Of a stretch of DNA of 55,632 nt, positions 28,946-37,595 are shown one piece after another. The notes under the pieces are model-generated. The model had not been told where the DNA came from. It searched no databases and was given only the letters and a program-made list of their open reading frames with translations. Each line of letters opens with the position of its first letter. The first letter of the stretch is position 1. A program made the translations under genes and the position numbers. The stretch lies in sequence record SRR2962707_1079; one strand, 5' to 3'.

Positions 28946-30799
28946 ATGACTGTTATCAATTACCAACCTAAAAAGACATTACGCTGGAGTCTAAAAATGA
29001 GCAGCGTGGTGCTGCTGATTATTTATGCTATTGGAACGCGTTATTACACCAATGTCCCCTTACCAAGTGACTTCTTAGGATACAGTTATTTTATTTCTGC
29101 TTATCTTGGGCATTTCGGCTTTCTTGCCATTCTCGCTTGGTTATTCATCGCACTGCCCATTAGCTTAATCATTCCCAATCAATGGCTTGCGCGAGCCTTA
29201 ATTACACTGGCTGCCATTTCCATTGTGGTTTTAGTCTTGCTCGATACCTTTGTTTTCCAGCAATATCATTACCATTTGAATTCATTCGTTTGGGCACTGG
29301 TTGTCAATAACGGCAAAAACGATATTTTTACCTTCTCCGTGATGATGCAAAGTATTGCGGTGGCCGCCATTGCGATTATTTTAATTGTGATGTTTTGGAT
29401 CAATCGCACCCTGTGGCGCTATAACAGCAAGCCTGTGCCAGCCAAAAGAACCATGGCGGGCATTATCTTTGTGTATTTGATCGCTAACTTTATTCATATT
29501 TGGGCCGCCGCTCAAAACCTACAAGGTGTCACTCGATACGACGCTGGGCTGCCTATTTTTTACCCTGCCACAGCCAATGGCTTTATGAGCCAACACGGCT
29601 GGATTGACCGCGAAGCTCAAAAAGCCAATGCGGCTATTAAGATAAAAAGCAATCAATCTACGATTAACTACCCGCTAAAGCCCTTAACCATTATTCCGCC
29701 GACACAGCCGATGAACATTCTTATCGTCGCTTTAGATTGTTGGCGCAGTGATGACATGAATGCGCGCAACACCCCAAATATGTGGGCAATGGCGCAACAA
29801 TCTACCGTGTACGAACATCATTTCAGTGGTGGGAATGCGACTCAGACTGGGATTTTCTCGCTTTTCTATGGACTACCAGGCAAGTATTGGAATGCCATGT
29901 TAGGCAACAAAAAAGCACCAGCTCTTATGGAAGTCATGAAACAGCAAGGTTATGAATTTGGTATTTTTGGCAGTGCAGGCTTAACCAGCCCGGCTTTCAA
30001 CGAGACGGTGTTTCGTAACGTAGATAACTTGCGATTGTATTCAGAAGGGAATTCGCCAATTTCTCGAGACACGAAAACAACCCAAGATTACCTAGCGTGG
30101 ATGCAGCAGCATCAAACGAATAAACCCAACACGCCATTCTTCAGCTTTATCTTCTACGATGCGCCTCATGGCTATTCAGTCGATAAAAGTCAGCCGATGC
30201 CTTTCCAACCAGACGAAGACATGGACTACCTGACACTCACCAATAACACCGATCCTACGCCGTACCACAACCGCTACCGTAACGCCGTTTACCAGGATGA
30301 TATGTTAGTTGGCAAGGTGATGGACGACCTTAAAAAGCGCGGTCTATTAGACAATACCATTGTGGTTTTCACTGGCGATCATGGCCAAGAATTTAACGAC
30401 AATAAACACAATTTCTGGGGGCATTCTAGTAACTTTACGGCGGCACAAACCCATGTTCCTTTCATTATGTATTGGCCAAACAAACCAGCCAAAACCGTCG
30501 AAAAAACAACGACGCATTTTGAATTAGCGCCCACACTCCTTAAACACGCTCTGGGAGTAACCAATGACGAGAAAGATTATTCAATGGGCAATGACTTAAT
30601 CGACGTGCAGCCCAAGCCGTGGCGCTTAGTCAGCAGTTATCATAATTTCGCCATCATAGATAACGAGCAAATTATTCTGTCGGACTACAACAGTAAGCTG
30701 CAAGTGTATGACATGCATATGAATAAAATTGAAAAGCCCACATTGAACTATGCCCATATGGCAGAAGCAATGGACGAGCTAAGCCGCTTCTACAAATAG
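28946..30799 (+). CDS. YejM/PbgA-family inner-membrane protein (DUF3413 plus sulfatase-like domain)
   Basis: Five N-terminal TM helices with LGHFGFL and DTFVFQQYHYHLN, YP-TA, NYPLKPL, HFSGGN, GIFSLFYGLP, TGDHG, WGH. Confidence 0.88.
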   Translation: MTVINYQPKKTLRWSLKMSSVVLLIIYAIGTRYYTNVPLPSDFLGYSYFISAYLGHFGFLAILAWLFIALPISLIIPNQWLARALITLAAISIVVLVLLDTFVFQQYHYHLNSFVWALVVNNGKNDIFTFSVMMQSIAVAAIAIILIVMFWINRTLWRYNSKPVPAKRTMAGIIFVYLIANFIHIWAAAQNLQGVTRYDAGLPIFYPATANGFMSQHGWIDREAQKANAAIKIKSNQSTINYPLKPLTIIPPTQPMNILIVALDCWRSDDMNARNTPNMWAMAQQSTVYEHHFSGGNATQTGIFSLFYGLPGKYWNAMLGNKKAPALMEVMKQQGYEFGIFGSAGLTSPAFNETVFRNVDNLRLYSEGNSPISRDTKTTQDYLAWMQQHQTNKPNTPFFSFIFYDAPHGYSVDKSQPMPFQPDEDMDYLTLTNNTDPTPYHNRYRNAVYQDDMLVGKVMDDLKKRGLLDNTIVVFTGDHGQEFNDNKHNFWGHSSNFTAAQTHVPFIMYWPNKPAKTVEKTTTHFELAPTLLKHALGVTNDEKDYSMGNDLIDVQPKPWRLVSSYHNFAIIDNEQIILSDYNSKLQVYDMHMNKIEKPTLNYAHMAEAMDELSRFYK

Positions 30800-30833
30800 C
30801 AGCGGCTTAATAAGAAACCGTGTTGCGTCTTAG

Positions 30834-31772
30834 CTAATAAGGCGCAGCGCTCAGCTCTTGAAAGGTTTGTGTGAGAAGGTTAAGAAACAGTTCTTGCGGC
30901 TTATTAGGTTGAGAAGACTTCTTACAAATCACCGCCACTCCTAAGGTATAAGAGCGATGCTTTTCTGCCACTTTCACTATTTTGCCTTGCTCAACATAAG
31001 GTTGGCCGTACAACTCAGGCAAAAATCCAATGTATTTACCAGATAAGATCAGCGCCAAACGACTGTCGTAAAAATAAGACACCGCGGTCATGTTCATTCT
31101 TGCTATTTGATTGCTGATCGCTTCATGGGGTTTCAAACCAGCATGAGTCGCTGGATAGAGGTCAGCGGTGCTGTCTTGCTCTTGTTCCGACATGCCTGCC
31201 AACAGGTGCTCGCTGCCACAATACAAATAACACACATCGCTATAGAGGTGGATATACTCCAAACCTTCTAGTTTACGGTGGTAAGGTATAAAACCTATGT
31301 CCGCCTCATCGTTCAATATCATACGCTCAATATTCGACATAGACGCGACATTCGTGGTGATAGAAACTTCTGGAGCCTCGTTAGAAAAACGTTGAATCAG
31401 CTCAGGAAAATGACTGCGTGGGTCTAAGCTCACCTTATCAGACAAGGCGATTCTTAACTTACCAGTAAGGCTGGCATTTAGATTGTTTACCGTGGTTCGA
31501 AAGGCGTCCAAAGAATCCAGTAGATTTTCTGTCATTTGATAAATGACAACGCCTTCTTCGGTAAGAGAAAAGCCACCACGACCACGCTTACAAAGCACCA
31601 AGTTTAAGCGAGATTCTAAGTTTGAAATATGCAAACTGATGGTTGAACGCCCGATGTTTAACGCCGTTTCTGCCGCCGAAAAACCACCGCAATCCACCAC
31701 GCTTTTAAACACTTTTAATTGCTTAATCTCATAATCACCAACTTGACCCAGTGAGTAATTTTTTGCGCTCAT
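30834..31772 (-). CDS. LysR-family regulator (BauR-like)
   Basis: QVGDYEIKQLKVFKSVVDCGGFSAAE...IGRSTIS...LESRL...LCKRGRGGFSLTEEG, recalled as resembling Pseudomonas BauR; not verified by search. Confidence 0.9.
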   Translation of the reverse strand: MSAKNYSLGQVGDYEIKQLKVFKSVVDCGGFSAAETALNIGRSTISLHISNLESRLNLVLCKRGRGGFSLTEEGVVIYQMTENLLDSLDAFRTTVNNLNASLTGKLRIALSDKVSLDPRSHFPELIQRFSNEAPEVSITTNVASMSNIERMILNDEADIGFIPYHRKLEGLEYIHLYSDVCYLYCGSEHLLAGMSEQEQDSTADLYPATHAGLKPHEAISNQIARMNMTAVSYFYDSRLALILSGKYIGFLPELYGQPYVEQGKIVKVAEKHRSYTLGVAVICKKSSQPNKPQELFLNLLTQTFQELSAAPY

Positions 31773-31907
31773 CGCCTCCCCCTATGTGTACTCACATGCA
31801 TTTTATTATTTTAGGCCTGTGCAAACCAAACAATAGTTTGGTCGATATGCAGTATGACTATAATACGACGAGCACAGATCGCACATAATAAATGATCGTC
31901 GCAATTT

Positions 31908-31937
31908 AGTTCGTTGATTCTCTAACTTTACATTGAT
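31908..31937 (+). promoter_or_regulatory. LysR-type operator copy 2 (divergent from the LysR gene)
   Basis: AGTTCG-ttgattct-CTAACT-tta-CATTGAT; candidate -10 TAAGGT at 31970. Confidence 0.7.
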
Positions 31938-31981
31938 TTATCCGACTTTCATCCCTCTTTCTGCTTCTTTAAGGTAAGAAG

Positions 31982-32151
31982 CGTCGGTTACCACAGCAAA
32001 ACTGTCTTCATAATGACGTTTTATGCATTCAGGATGATTCGTATCCGCTTGGTTAAACCCTGAAATAAAGCGTCGAATTTTGGCCTTTCATTTCATTCTT
32101 CCAGCACGTTATTGTGGCCTGTTTGTCTTGCTTGATAAACAGGCTTTTTTT
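31982..32151 (+). ncRNA. Candidate structured RNA of about 170 nt (sRNA or cis-regulatory leader)
   Basis: Predicted promoter upstream, long hairpin 32015-32074, CU-rich linker, strong intrinsic terminator. 5' end inferred. Confidence 0.55.
32117..32151 (+). terminator. Intrinsic terminator 51 nt upstream of the chemoreceptor start
   Basis: GCCTGTTTGTC-TTGCTT-GATAAACAGGC-TTTTTTT. Confidence 0.88.
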
Positions 32152-32202
32152 GTCATTTTGATTGCTTCCCTTCTTTTCAGAAAGGGTTTAAAGGAGGTTG
32201 AT

Positions 32203-34092
32203 ATGTCCATTACGTTATCCGTTCGTCAGAAACTCATTGCTATTGTTGTTTTAGTCTGTATTGGGTACGCAGGGTTTGGCGCTTACTCCATTTATAACTT
32301 GTCGCAAATGTCGAACGCGTCCGATGAGGCCACCGAGCTGAGCAGGTTAACCAATGAAGTTAAAGACGTTGAAATTGCTTTACTAAAATTTGAACGAGAA
32401 ATGGCAACGATCTCACCTGATAATGTTGATGCTATCAGCCAAACATTAGTAAGGATAAAAAATGAGACCGCCGCTGGATTGAACATCAGAGCAGATTTAC
32501 TGGATACCGAAGGCAAGACGCTATTAGAGAATAGCCAAACCTTACAGCCTAATTATTTATTAGCACTTGAAAGTCACCTGCAAAGTTTAATCACCCTTGG
32601 GCTAAGCGGCGAAACGGGCGCACTGGGCCGATTAAATCAATCCGCACAAGATTTGGCAGAGCAACTCAAATCGTTAGCCAGTTTTGCTTCTAGTTTTAAA
32701 GAGGTAAGAGCGAGAGAAAAAGATTTTCTAGCTTACAGCGATCCTGAACACCAAGCCGCTTTACAATCTGCTATTCAGGCTCTCAAAAATAATGTCGATA
32801 ATGTAGGCTTTGGCGATGTATTTGGCCCGAAGATTCAAACCTATGAGGATGCATTGGCGCCTGTTATTGGACTGTCTACTACCTTAAAGAAACAACAAAG
32901 CAAACTCGCATCATTAAGTAATCAATACACTCACTCCATGGATAAGAGTGCCAACTATTTACAAAATACTCTGCTGGCTCAGGCGCAAATACGTTCATTA
33001 GAAACAGCCAAACAAGCGCGCAGCTCTTTAGTGATCGCTTGTGTCTTACTTGCTCTAGTTATTGGTCTTATTTTATCGACGGTGATCCGCTCTTTAAACC
33101 GCAATCTAAAAGCCGTGTTAGCGATATTAAAAGAAGTCGCGCAAGGTAGACTTCATTCCCGTCAACAAAGCCAAGACTCAGATAACCCCGATGAGTTCCA
33201 GCAGCTGTTCATTGCCTCAAACCAAATGTCTGATAGCTTACGCTTGTTGATTAGTCATTTAATAAACAGCAACGAAAAACTGGTACTAACGGCCGATGAG
33301 CTGGACAGTGGTATTCAAATTATTGTCAGCGGCAGCGAGCGTATTCGTGATCGGAGTAACACACTGGCCGCCTCGACTGAAGAAATATCCGCCACCGCAG
33401 ATACCGTACAATCGATGACGCAGAACGTTCAAAGTGCTGCGGAACTGGCTTATGGGTCCGCCACCAGTGGTGTGAATGCAATGCGTGATGCTATGACCAG
33501 CATCAGCGATGTAGCAGACACAATTCAAGATACCAATGAGCGAGTCGCTCGCCTTGGTACTCTGTCTAAAGAAATAGATGTGGTTATCGAGCTTATAGTC
33601 GGTGTCGCAGAGCAAACGAGTTTGTTAGCACTTAATGCCGCAATAGAAGCGGCTCGAGCAGGGGAAGCTGGGCGAGGTTTTGCCGTCGTGGCAGACGAAG
33701 TTAAAACACTGTCTGAGCAAACAGTGAAGGCATCTGGAAGTATTACAGAGAAAGTCGAAAACATTCAGAAAGAAACTCAAGCGGTGATTGATGCCATGAC
33801 GCTGAGCCTAAGTAAGGTTGGCCGCAGTAAAGAGCAAGGCGAAAACGCAGTGAAAATTATCCACCTAGTTGAGCAAAACACCCTAGAAGCGATGAACAAT
33901 ACGCAAGAAATTACCCAAGCGATAAAAGAGGTCGCGTTGACGACGGCGCAAATGGCACAAGACATGGACATCATTGCTCATGATATTAAAGACAACCATG
34001 TCGCAACTCAATCCATCCAAACGGCCAATAAAAATGTTCACCATCAAACCAAAAGATTAGACAACCAAATACAAGGCTTTGACATCACTTAG
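32203..34092 (+). CDS. Methyl-accepting chemotaxis protein with a large helical periplasmic sensor domain
   Basis: TM1, about 270-aa helical periplasmic region, TM2, HAMP (DEF), signalling hairpin [42 protein letters not shown]. Confidence 0.95.
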   Translation: MSITLSVRQKLIAIVVLVCIGYAGFGAYSIYNLSQMSNASDEATELSRLTNEVKDVEIALLKFEREMATISPDNVDAISQTLVRIKNETAAGLNIRADLLDTEGKTLLENSQTLQPNYLLALESHLQSLITLGLSGETGALGRLNQSAQDLAEQLKSLASFASSFKEVRAREKDFLAYSDPEHQAALQSAIQALKNNVDNVGFGDVFGPKIQTYEDALAPVIGLSTTLKKQQSKLASLSNQYTHSMDKSANYLQNTLLAQAQIRSLETAKQARSSLVIACVLLALVIGLILSTVIRSLNRNLKAVLAILKEVAQGRLHSRQQSQDSDNPDEFQQLFIASNQMSDSLRLLISHLINSNEKLVLTADELDSGIQIIVSGSERIRDRSNTLAASTEEISATADTVQSMTQNVQSAAELAYGSATSGVNAMRDAMTSISDVADTIQDTNERVARLGTLSKEIDVVIELIVGVAEQTSLLALNAAIEAARAGEAGRGFAVVADEVKTLSEQTVKASGSITEKVENIQKETQAVIDAMTLSLSKVGRSKEQGENAVKIIHLVEQNTLEAMNNTQEITQAIKEVALTTAQMAQDMDIIAHDIKDNHVATQSIQTANKNVHHQTKRLDNQIQGFDIT

Positions 34093-34356
34093 CGATCAAA
34101 ATCTTGCAGAAGGGCTTCTATGAAAACCCATAAAGCCCTAATTTGGTGCGAGAATAAAATGCAGATAAAAGACTCGAAAGAATATTAAAAAAAGCAAAAA
34201 AAATGCACGTTTTCAACACTATAGATCAATAATCTTCACGCTATTGATGCATTCAGCTAATCTATTTTTTGCATCGAAAAAGATCACTAAGCCTCTTTTT
34301 TGTGCATTACTTTTCAGTTAGTTATATGATTTATAACAGATTTTGGCTTTTTTGAT

Positions 34357-34386
34357 TGTTTGATGACGACAAAACTTTAGATAGAT
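34357..34386 (+). promoter_or_regulatory. LysR-type operator copy 3 (TRAP operon)
   Basis: TGTTTG-atgacgac-AAAACT-tta-GATAGAT; weak -10-like AAGTAT at 34419. Confidence 0.62.
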
Positions 34387-34491
34387 TTTGCGAGCTTTAT
34401 TACGCTCGGGCTTTTTGAAAGTATCAATTACAAGGTGTCACAACATCAAAAACGTGACTTTTTTATGCACTTTTGTTCTCGAGGTAACTCA

Positions 34492-35517
34492 ATGATTAAG
34501 ACGATACTAAAAGTAAAAAAACGATTGGTTGTAAGTTCTCTAGCGGTAGCTCTTGGATTAAGCGCGGTCGCGTCTTCTGCACATGCTGCAGATTATAACT
34601 GGCGCTTCGCTAACCTATACAGCCGCGGCTCTGCATTCGGCGCGGTATACGAAGATTTAGCAAAGAACATTGAAACTATGTCTGATGGCCGTATCAAGGT
34701 GCAGGTTCTTTATGACGGTGAAGGTGTTGGTTCTTCTGGTATTTTTGGCGCCGTGAAAACAGGCCTAATAACAATGGGGGCGACTTTCCAATCTTTGAAC
34801 GCAGGTGAGCTTCCTGCAGGCTTGGTTGAAATTGGTCTACCTGGCGGCACGAGCGATGTTGGCGAGCTGACTACCTTATTCCAAGAAAAAGGCTGGGCAC
34901 CAATTCTTAAAAAAGCATACGGTGAACAAGGGCTAGTGTGGCTTACCCCTTACATTCAACCTGCTGTTTACGTTATTACTAAAAAACCTATCAACTCTAT
35001 TAAAGACTTCCAAGGGTTGAAAATTCGCGCTCCCGGCGCATACGGTAAGTTCTTACGTAACCTAGGCGCATCACCTGTTTCTCTTGCCTGGTCTGAGATC
35101 TACACAAGTCTTTCCACTGGCGTTATCGACGGTTCTATCGGTTCTAATATGATTGACCACCGAGATGGTAACCATGTTGAAGTAGCAAAATATATGTATC
35201 CACTTCCTCTAGCTGGTGCACAAGTGCTACCTATTATTGTCAACCAAAGCGCTTGGAACAAACTTCCTACAGACTTAAAAGCCATTGTTAAAGCAGCGAC
35301 TACAGTTCACGCCCAAGAGCAAATGACGAAGTCTAGACTATGGGAATCTGAAGCCGTTGCCGATATGGAAGCAAAAGGTTTACAGTGGAGCCCTGAACCA
35401 AGTGCAGCAGATAAAGCAGCATGGAAAGAAGCAGGCTCTAAACTATGGGATGAGTACGCTTCAGCAGACAAATACAGTAAAGAGTTGATTGATATTCTTC
35501 GTCTAGAACAAAAATAA
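34492..35517 (+). CDS. dctP: TRAP transporter substrate-binding protein (DctP family)
   Basis: Signal peptide ending AHA, MSDGRIKVQV, GLKIRAPG, LGASPV, EIYTSLSTGVIDG, WNKLPTDLK; GAGGT RBS. Confidence 0.93.
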   Translation: MIKTILKVKKRLVVSSLAVALGLSAVASSAHAADYNWRFANLYSRGSAFGAVYEDLAKNIETMSDGRIKVQVLYDGEGVGSSGIFGAVKTGLITMGATFQSLNAGELPAGLVEIGLPGGTSDVGELTTLFQEKGWAPILKKAYGEQGLVWLTPYIQPAVYVITKKPINSIKDFQGLKIRAPGAYGKFLRNLGASPVSLAWSEIYTSLSTGVIDGSIGSNMIDHRDGNHVEVAKYMYPLPLAGAQVLPIIVNQSAWNKLPTDLKAIVKAATTVHAQEQMTKSRLWESEAVADMEAKGLQWSPEPSAADKAAWKEAGSKLWDEYASADKYSKELIDILRLEQK

Positions 35518-35595
35518 TCTACTCAGTAATAACTAAAACGGCCTTCATTAAGAAGGCCGTTTTAATTTTCGATCCATCCTAACAGGTACAAAACA

Positions 35596-36150
35596 ATGAT
35601 AATGACTGCGATTAGGCGCTATTGTCTTGGAGTCCACGCATTAGTGGCTTTCATTGGGAATTCCGTTTCCTATCTTATGCCGGTATTAGCATTTGTCGTT
35701 GCTTTCGAGGTTTTCTCTCGTTACATCTTAGACAGCCCAACCATCTGGGCTTACGACACTTCGCTATTTATCTTTGGCTATATTGCCGCATTAGGTGGTG
35801 CTTATGCCCAACAGCAACGTGCGCACATCAATGTCGATATCCTTTACAACAAAGTTTCAACTCGAACGAAAAGCATATTTAACCTATTTTCATTCGCTCT
35901 CGCCATGTTCTTTATGGTTATCGTCTGCAAAATGAGCATAGGTAAGTTTGAAGAAGCGCTCGAATTTAACTATCGGCGCCAAAGTGAATGGGCTCCTCAC
36001 ATGCATCATTACTGGTTAATGATGGCAATCGCTAGCGTGCTACTTATTTTGCAACTTTCCAGTGACTGGATTGATTCATTACACCAAGCAATTACTGGTA
36101 AACCCTTATTACCAGAAGCACCGACCGAACAAGAGGAATCCGTACAATGA
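35596..36150 (+). CDS. dctQ: TRAP transporter small permease
   Basis: EVFSRY, PTIWAYD, AHINVD; 4 TM; overlaps the dctM start (ATGA). Confidence 0.92.
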   Translation: MIMTAIRRYCLGVHALVAFIGNSVSYLMPVLAFVVAFEVFSRYILDSPTIWAYDTSLFIFGYIAALGGAYAQQQRAHINVDILYNKVSTRTKSIFNLFSFALAMFFMVIVCKMSIGKFEEALEFNYRRQSEWAPHMHHYWLMMAIASVLLILQLSSDWIDSLHQAITGKPLLPEAPTEQEESVQ

Positions 36151-37466
36151 TTAGTATTGAATTATTAACGGGCATTTTATTTGCCTGCATCATAGCTGCG
36201 TTTGCCTTGGGAGCACCGGTTGGTTTAGCGCTTGGCGGCATCGCGATGGGCATCGGCTATATGACGTGGGGCGACGCTTTATTTAACGTCATTCCGACCA
36301 CGCTCGAATCAACCCACTTTAGTTTTATTTTACTTGCTATCCCTTTGTATATATACATGGGGCAGTTGCTAACTCGCTCTGGTATTGGCGATGCTATGTT
36401 CGCTGCCAGCCAAATGTTGATTGGTCGTGTCCGAGGATCATTAGCCATCAGCGTTATTGTGGTGTGCTCTATGATCGGCGCTATGGTGGGTATTATCGGC
36501 GCGGGCATCATGACGTCTGGAAGTATCGCACTGCGTCCTATGTTAGAACGAGGTTACGATAAACGCCTAGCACTTGGCGTTATTATGGCTGGTGGTGGTT
36601 TAGGCATCTTGATTCCACCAAGCATCCCAATGATCATGTTTGCGTCATCTACACAAAACTCTGTTGGCCGTATGTTTATTGGTGCTTTGATTCCAGCACT
36701 TATTACTATCATTTTGCTGATCGGTTACGTGATTATTTCGTGTAAGTTGAATCCTAAACGCGCTCCTATGGATGTTGTTCCAGAAGTCCAACCAACGCCA
36801 AAAGAGAAGTTCCTAACGGCTCGTGATGGCTTATTGTCTCTACTGCTGATTGTGGCCGTACTTGGCAGTATTATCATGGGAATCGCGACACCAACAGAAT
36901 CTGGTGCGATAGGTGTTGTCGGTGCTATTGTTCTTGCGATTTTCTTTAAACGCTTCAAACCACGCATGGTACAAAAGGCTGGCATGCAAGCAGCGCTGCT
37001 GGTAAGTGTGGCAATGTGGATTATTGTTGGTGCGTCGGTATTCAGTAACTTTCATTTGCTGATGGGCGTGCAAAACATGGTTGCGGGGTTTACTCAAGAT
37101 TTGGGATTACCGCCAATTGTTGTCATCATGTTGTTCCAATTGATCATGCTATTGCTAGGCTTCATTATCGACGAATTTATCATCGTCCTAATGTGTGCAC
37201 CTATATTCACACCGATTGCCGTGTCACTTGGCTACGATCCAATTTGGTTTGGTATCTTGATGATTCTAAACATTGAGATCGCCGTACAAACACCACCTTA
37301 TGGTTTTGCTTTGTTTTACCTAAAAGGCATCGCGCCTCCTGGTATCACCATGTTGGATATCTATAAATCCATTACGCCATTTGTATTGCTGAAACTTTTG
37401 GTTCTTGTCATCGTAATGATGTTCCCAGAGTTAGTAACTTGGTTGCCTAATCAGCTTATGGATTAG
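36147..37466 (+). CDS. dctM: TRAP transporter large permease
   Basis: LLAIPLY, GGGLGILIPPSIP, ATPTESG, DPIWFG, TPPYG. Confidence 0.95.
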   Translation: MISIELLTGILFACIIAAFALGAPVGLALGGIAMGIGYMTWGDALFNVIPTTLESTHFSFILLAIPLYIYMGQLLTRSGIGDAMFAASQMLIGRVRGSLAISVIVVCSMIGAMVGIIGAGIMTSGSIALRPMLERGYDKRLALGVIMAGGGLGILIPPSIPMIMFASSTQNSVGRMFIGALIPALITIILLIGYVIISCKLNPKRAPMDVVPEVQPTPKEKFLTARDGLLSLLLIVAVLGSIIMGIATPTESGAIGVVGAIVLAIFFKRFKPRMVQKAGMQAALLVSVAMWIIVGASVFSNFHLLMGVQNMVAGFTQDLGLPPIVVIMLFQLIMLLLGFIIDEFIIVLMCAPIFTPIAVSLGYDPIWFGILMILNIEIAVQTPPYGFALFYLKGIAPPGITMLDIYKSITPFVLLKLLVLVIVMMFPELVTWLPNQLMD

Positions 37467-37520
37467 CCCCTTGTTAATCCATAATTGTCATTTCTAAGTT
37501 TTACTTTTGCATATTTACAT

Positions 37521-37547
37521 AAAAAAGGCGACTCACTGAGTCGCCTT
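37521..37547 (-). terminator. Intrinsic terminator downstream of the fabF-like gene
   Basis: AAAAAAGGCGACTC-ACT-GAGTCGCCTT; U-tract on the minus strand. Confidence 0.8.
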
Positions 37548-37595
37548 AGATTAACCATTTCAATAAAATAAGTAAGTACACACTTACTTATTTAT

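Noticed and set aside
31986-32020. GCAAA...GACG words reminiscent of a c-di-GMP-I riboswitch
   Set aside because: The GNRA-loop hairpin, GACGCAAA junction and second hairpin with tetraloop receptor are absent.
32071-32110. [13 protein letters not shown] resembles the C-terminus of the ornithine-sensing leader peptide SpeFL (FHFFNAR)
   Set aside because: There is an in-frame TGA at 32035, no start codon before TTG 32080, and no stop after AR; the frame runs through the terminator.
32080-32202. 41-aa N-terminal extension of the MCP in the ORF track, and similar extensions on dld, dinF, hmp, gabD, dctP, cysQ and lpxM
   Set aside because: Downstream starts fit family N-termini and mostly have better RBSs, and several extensions cross terminators or operators.
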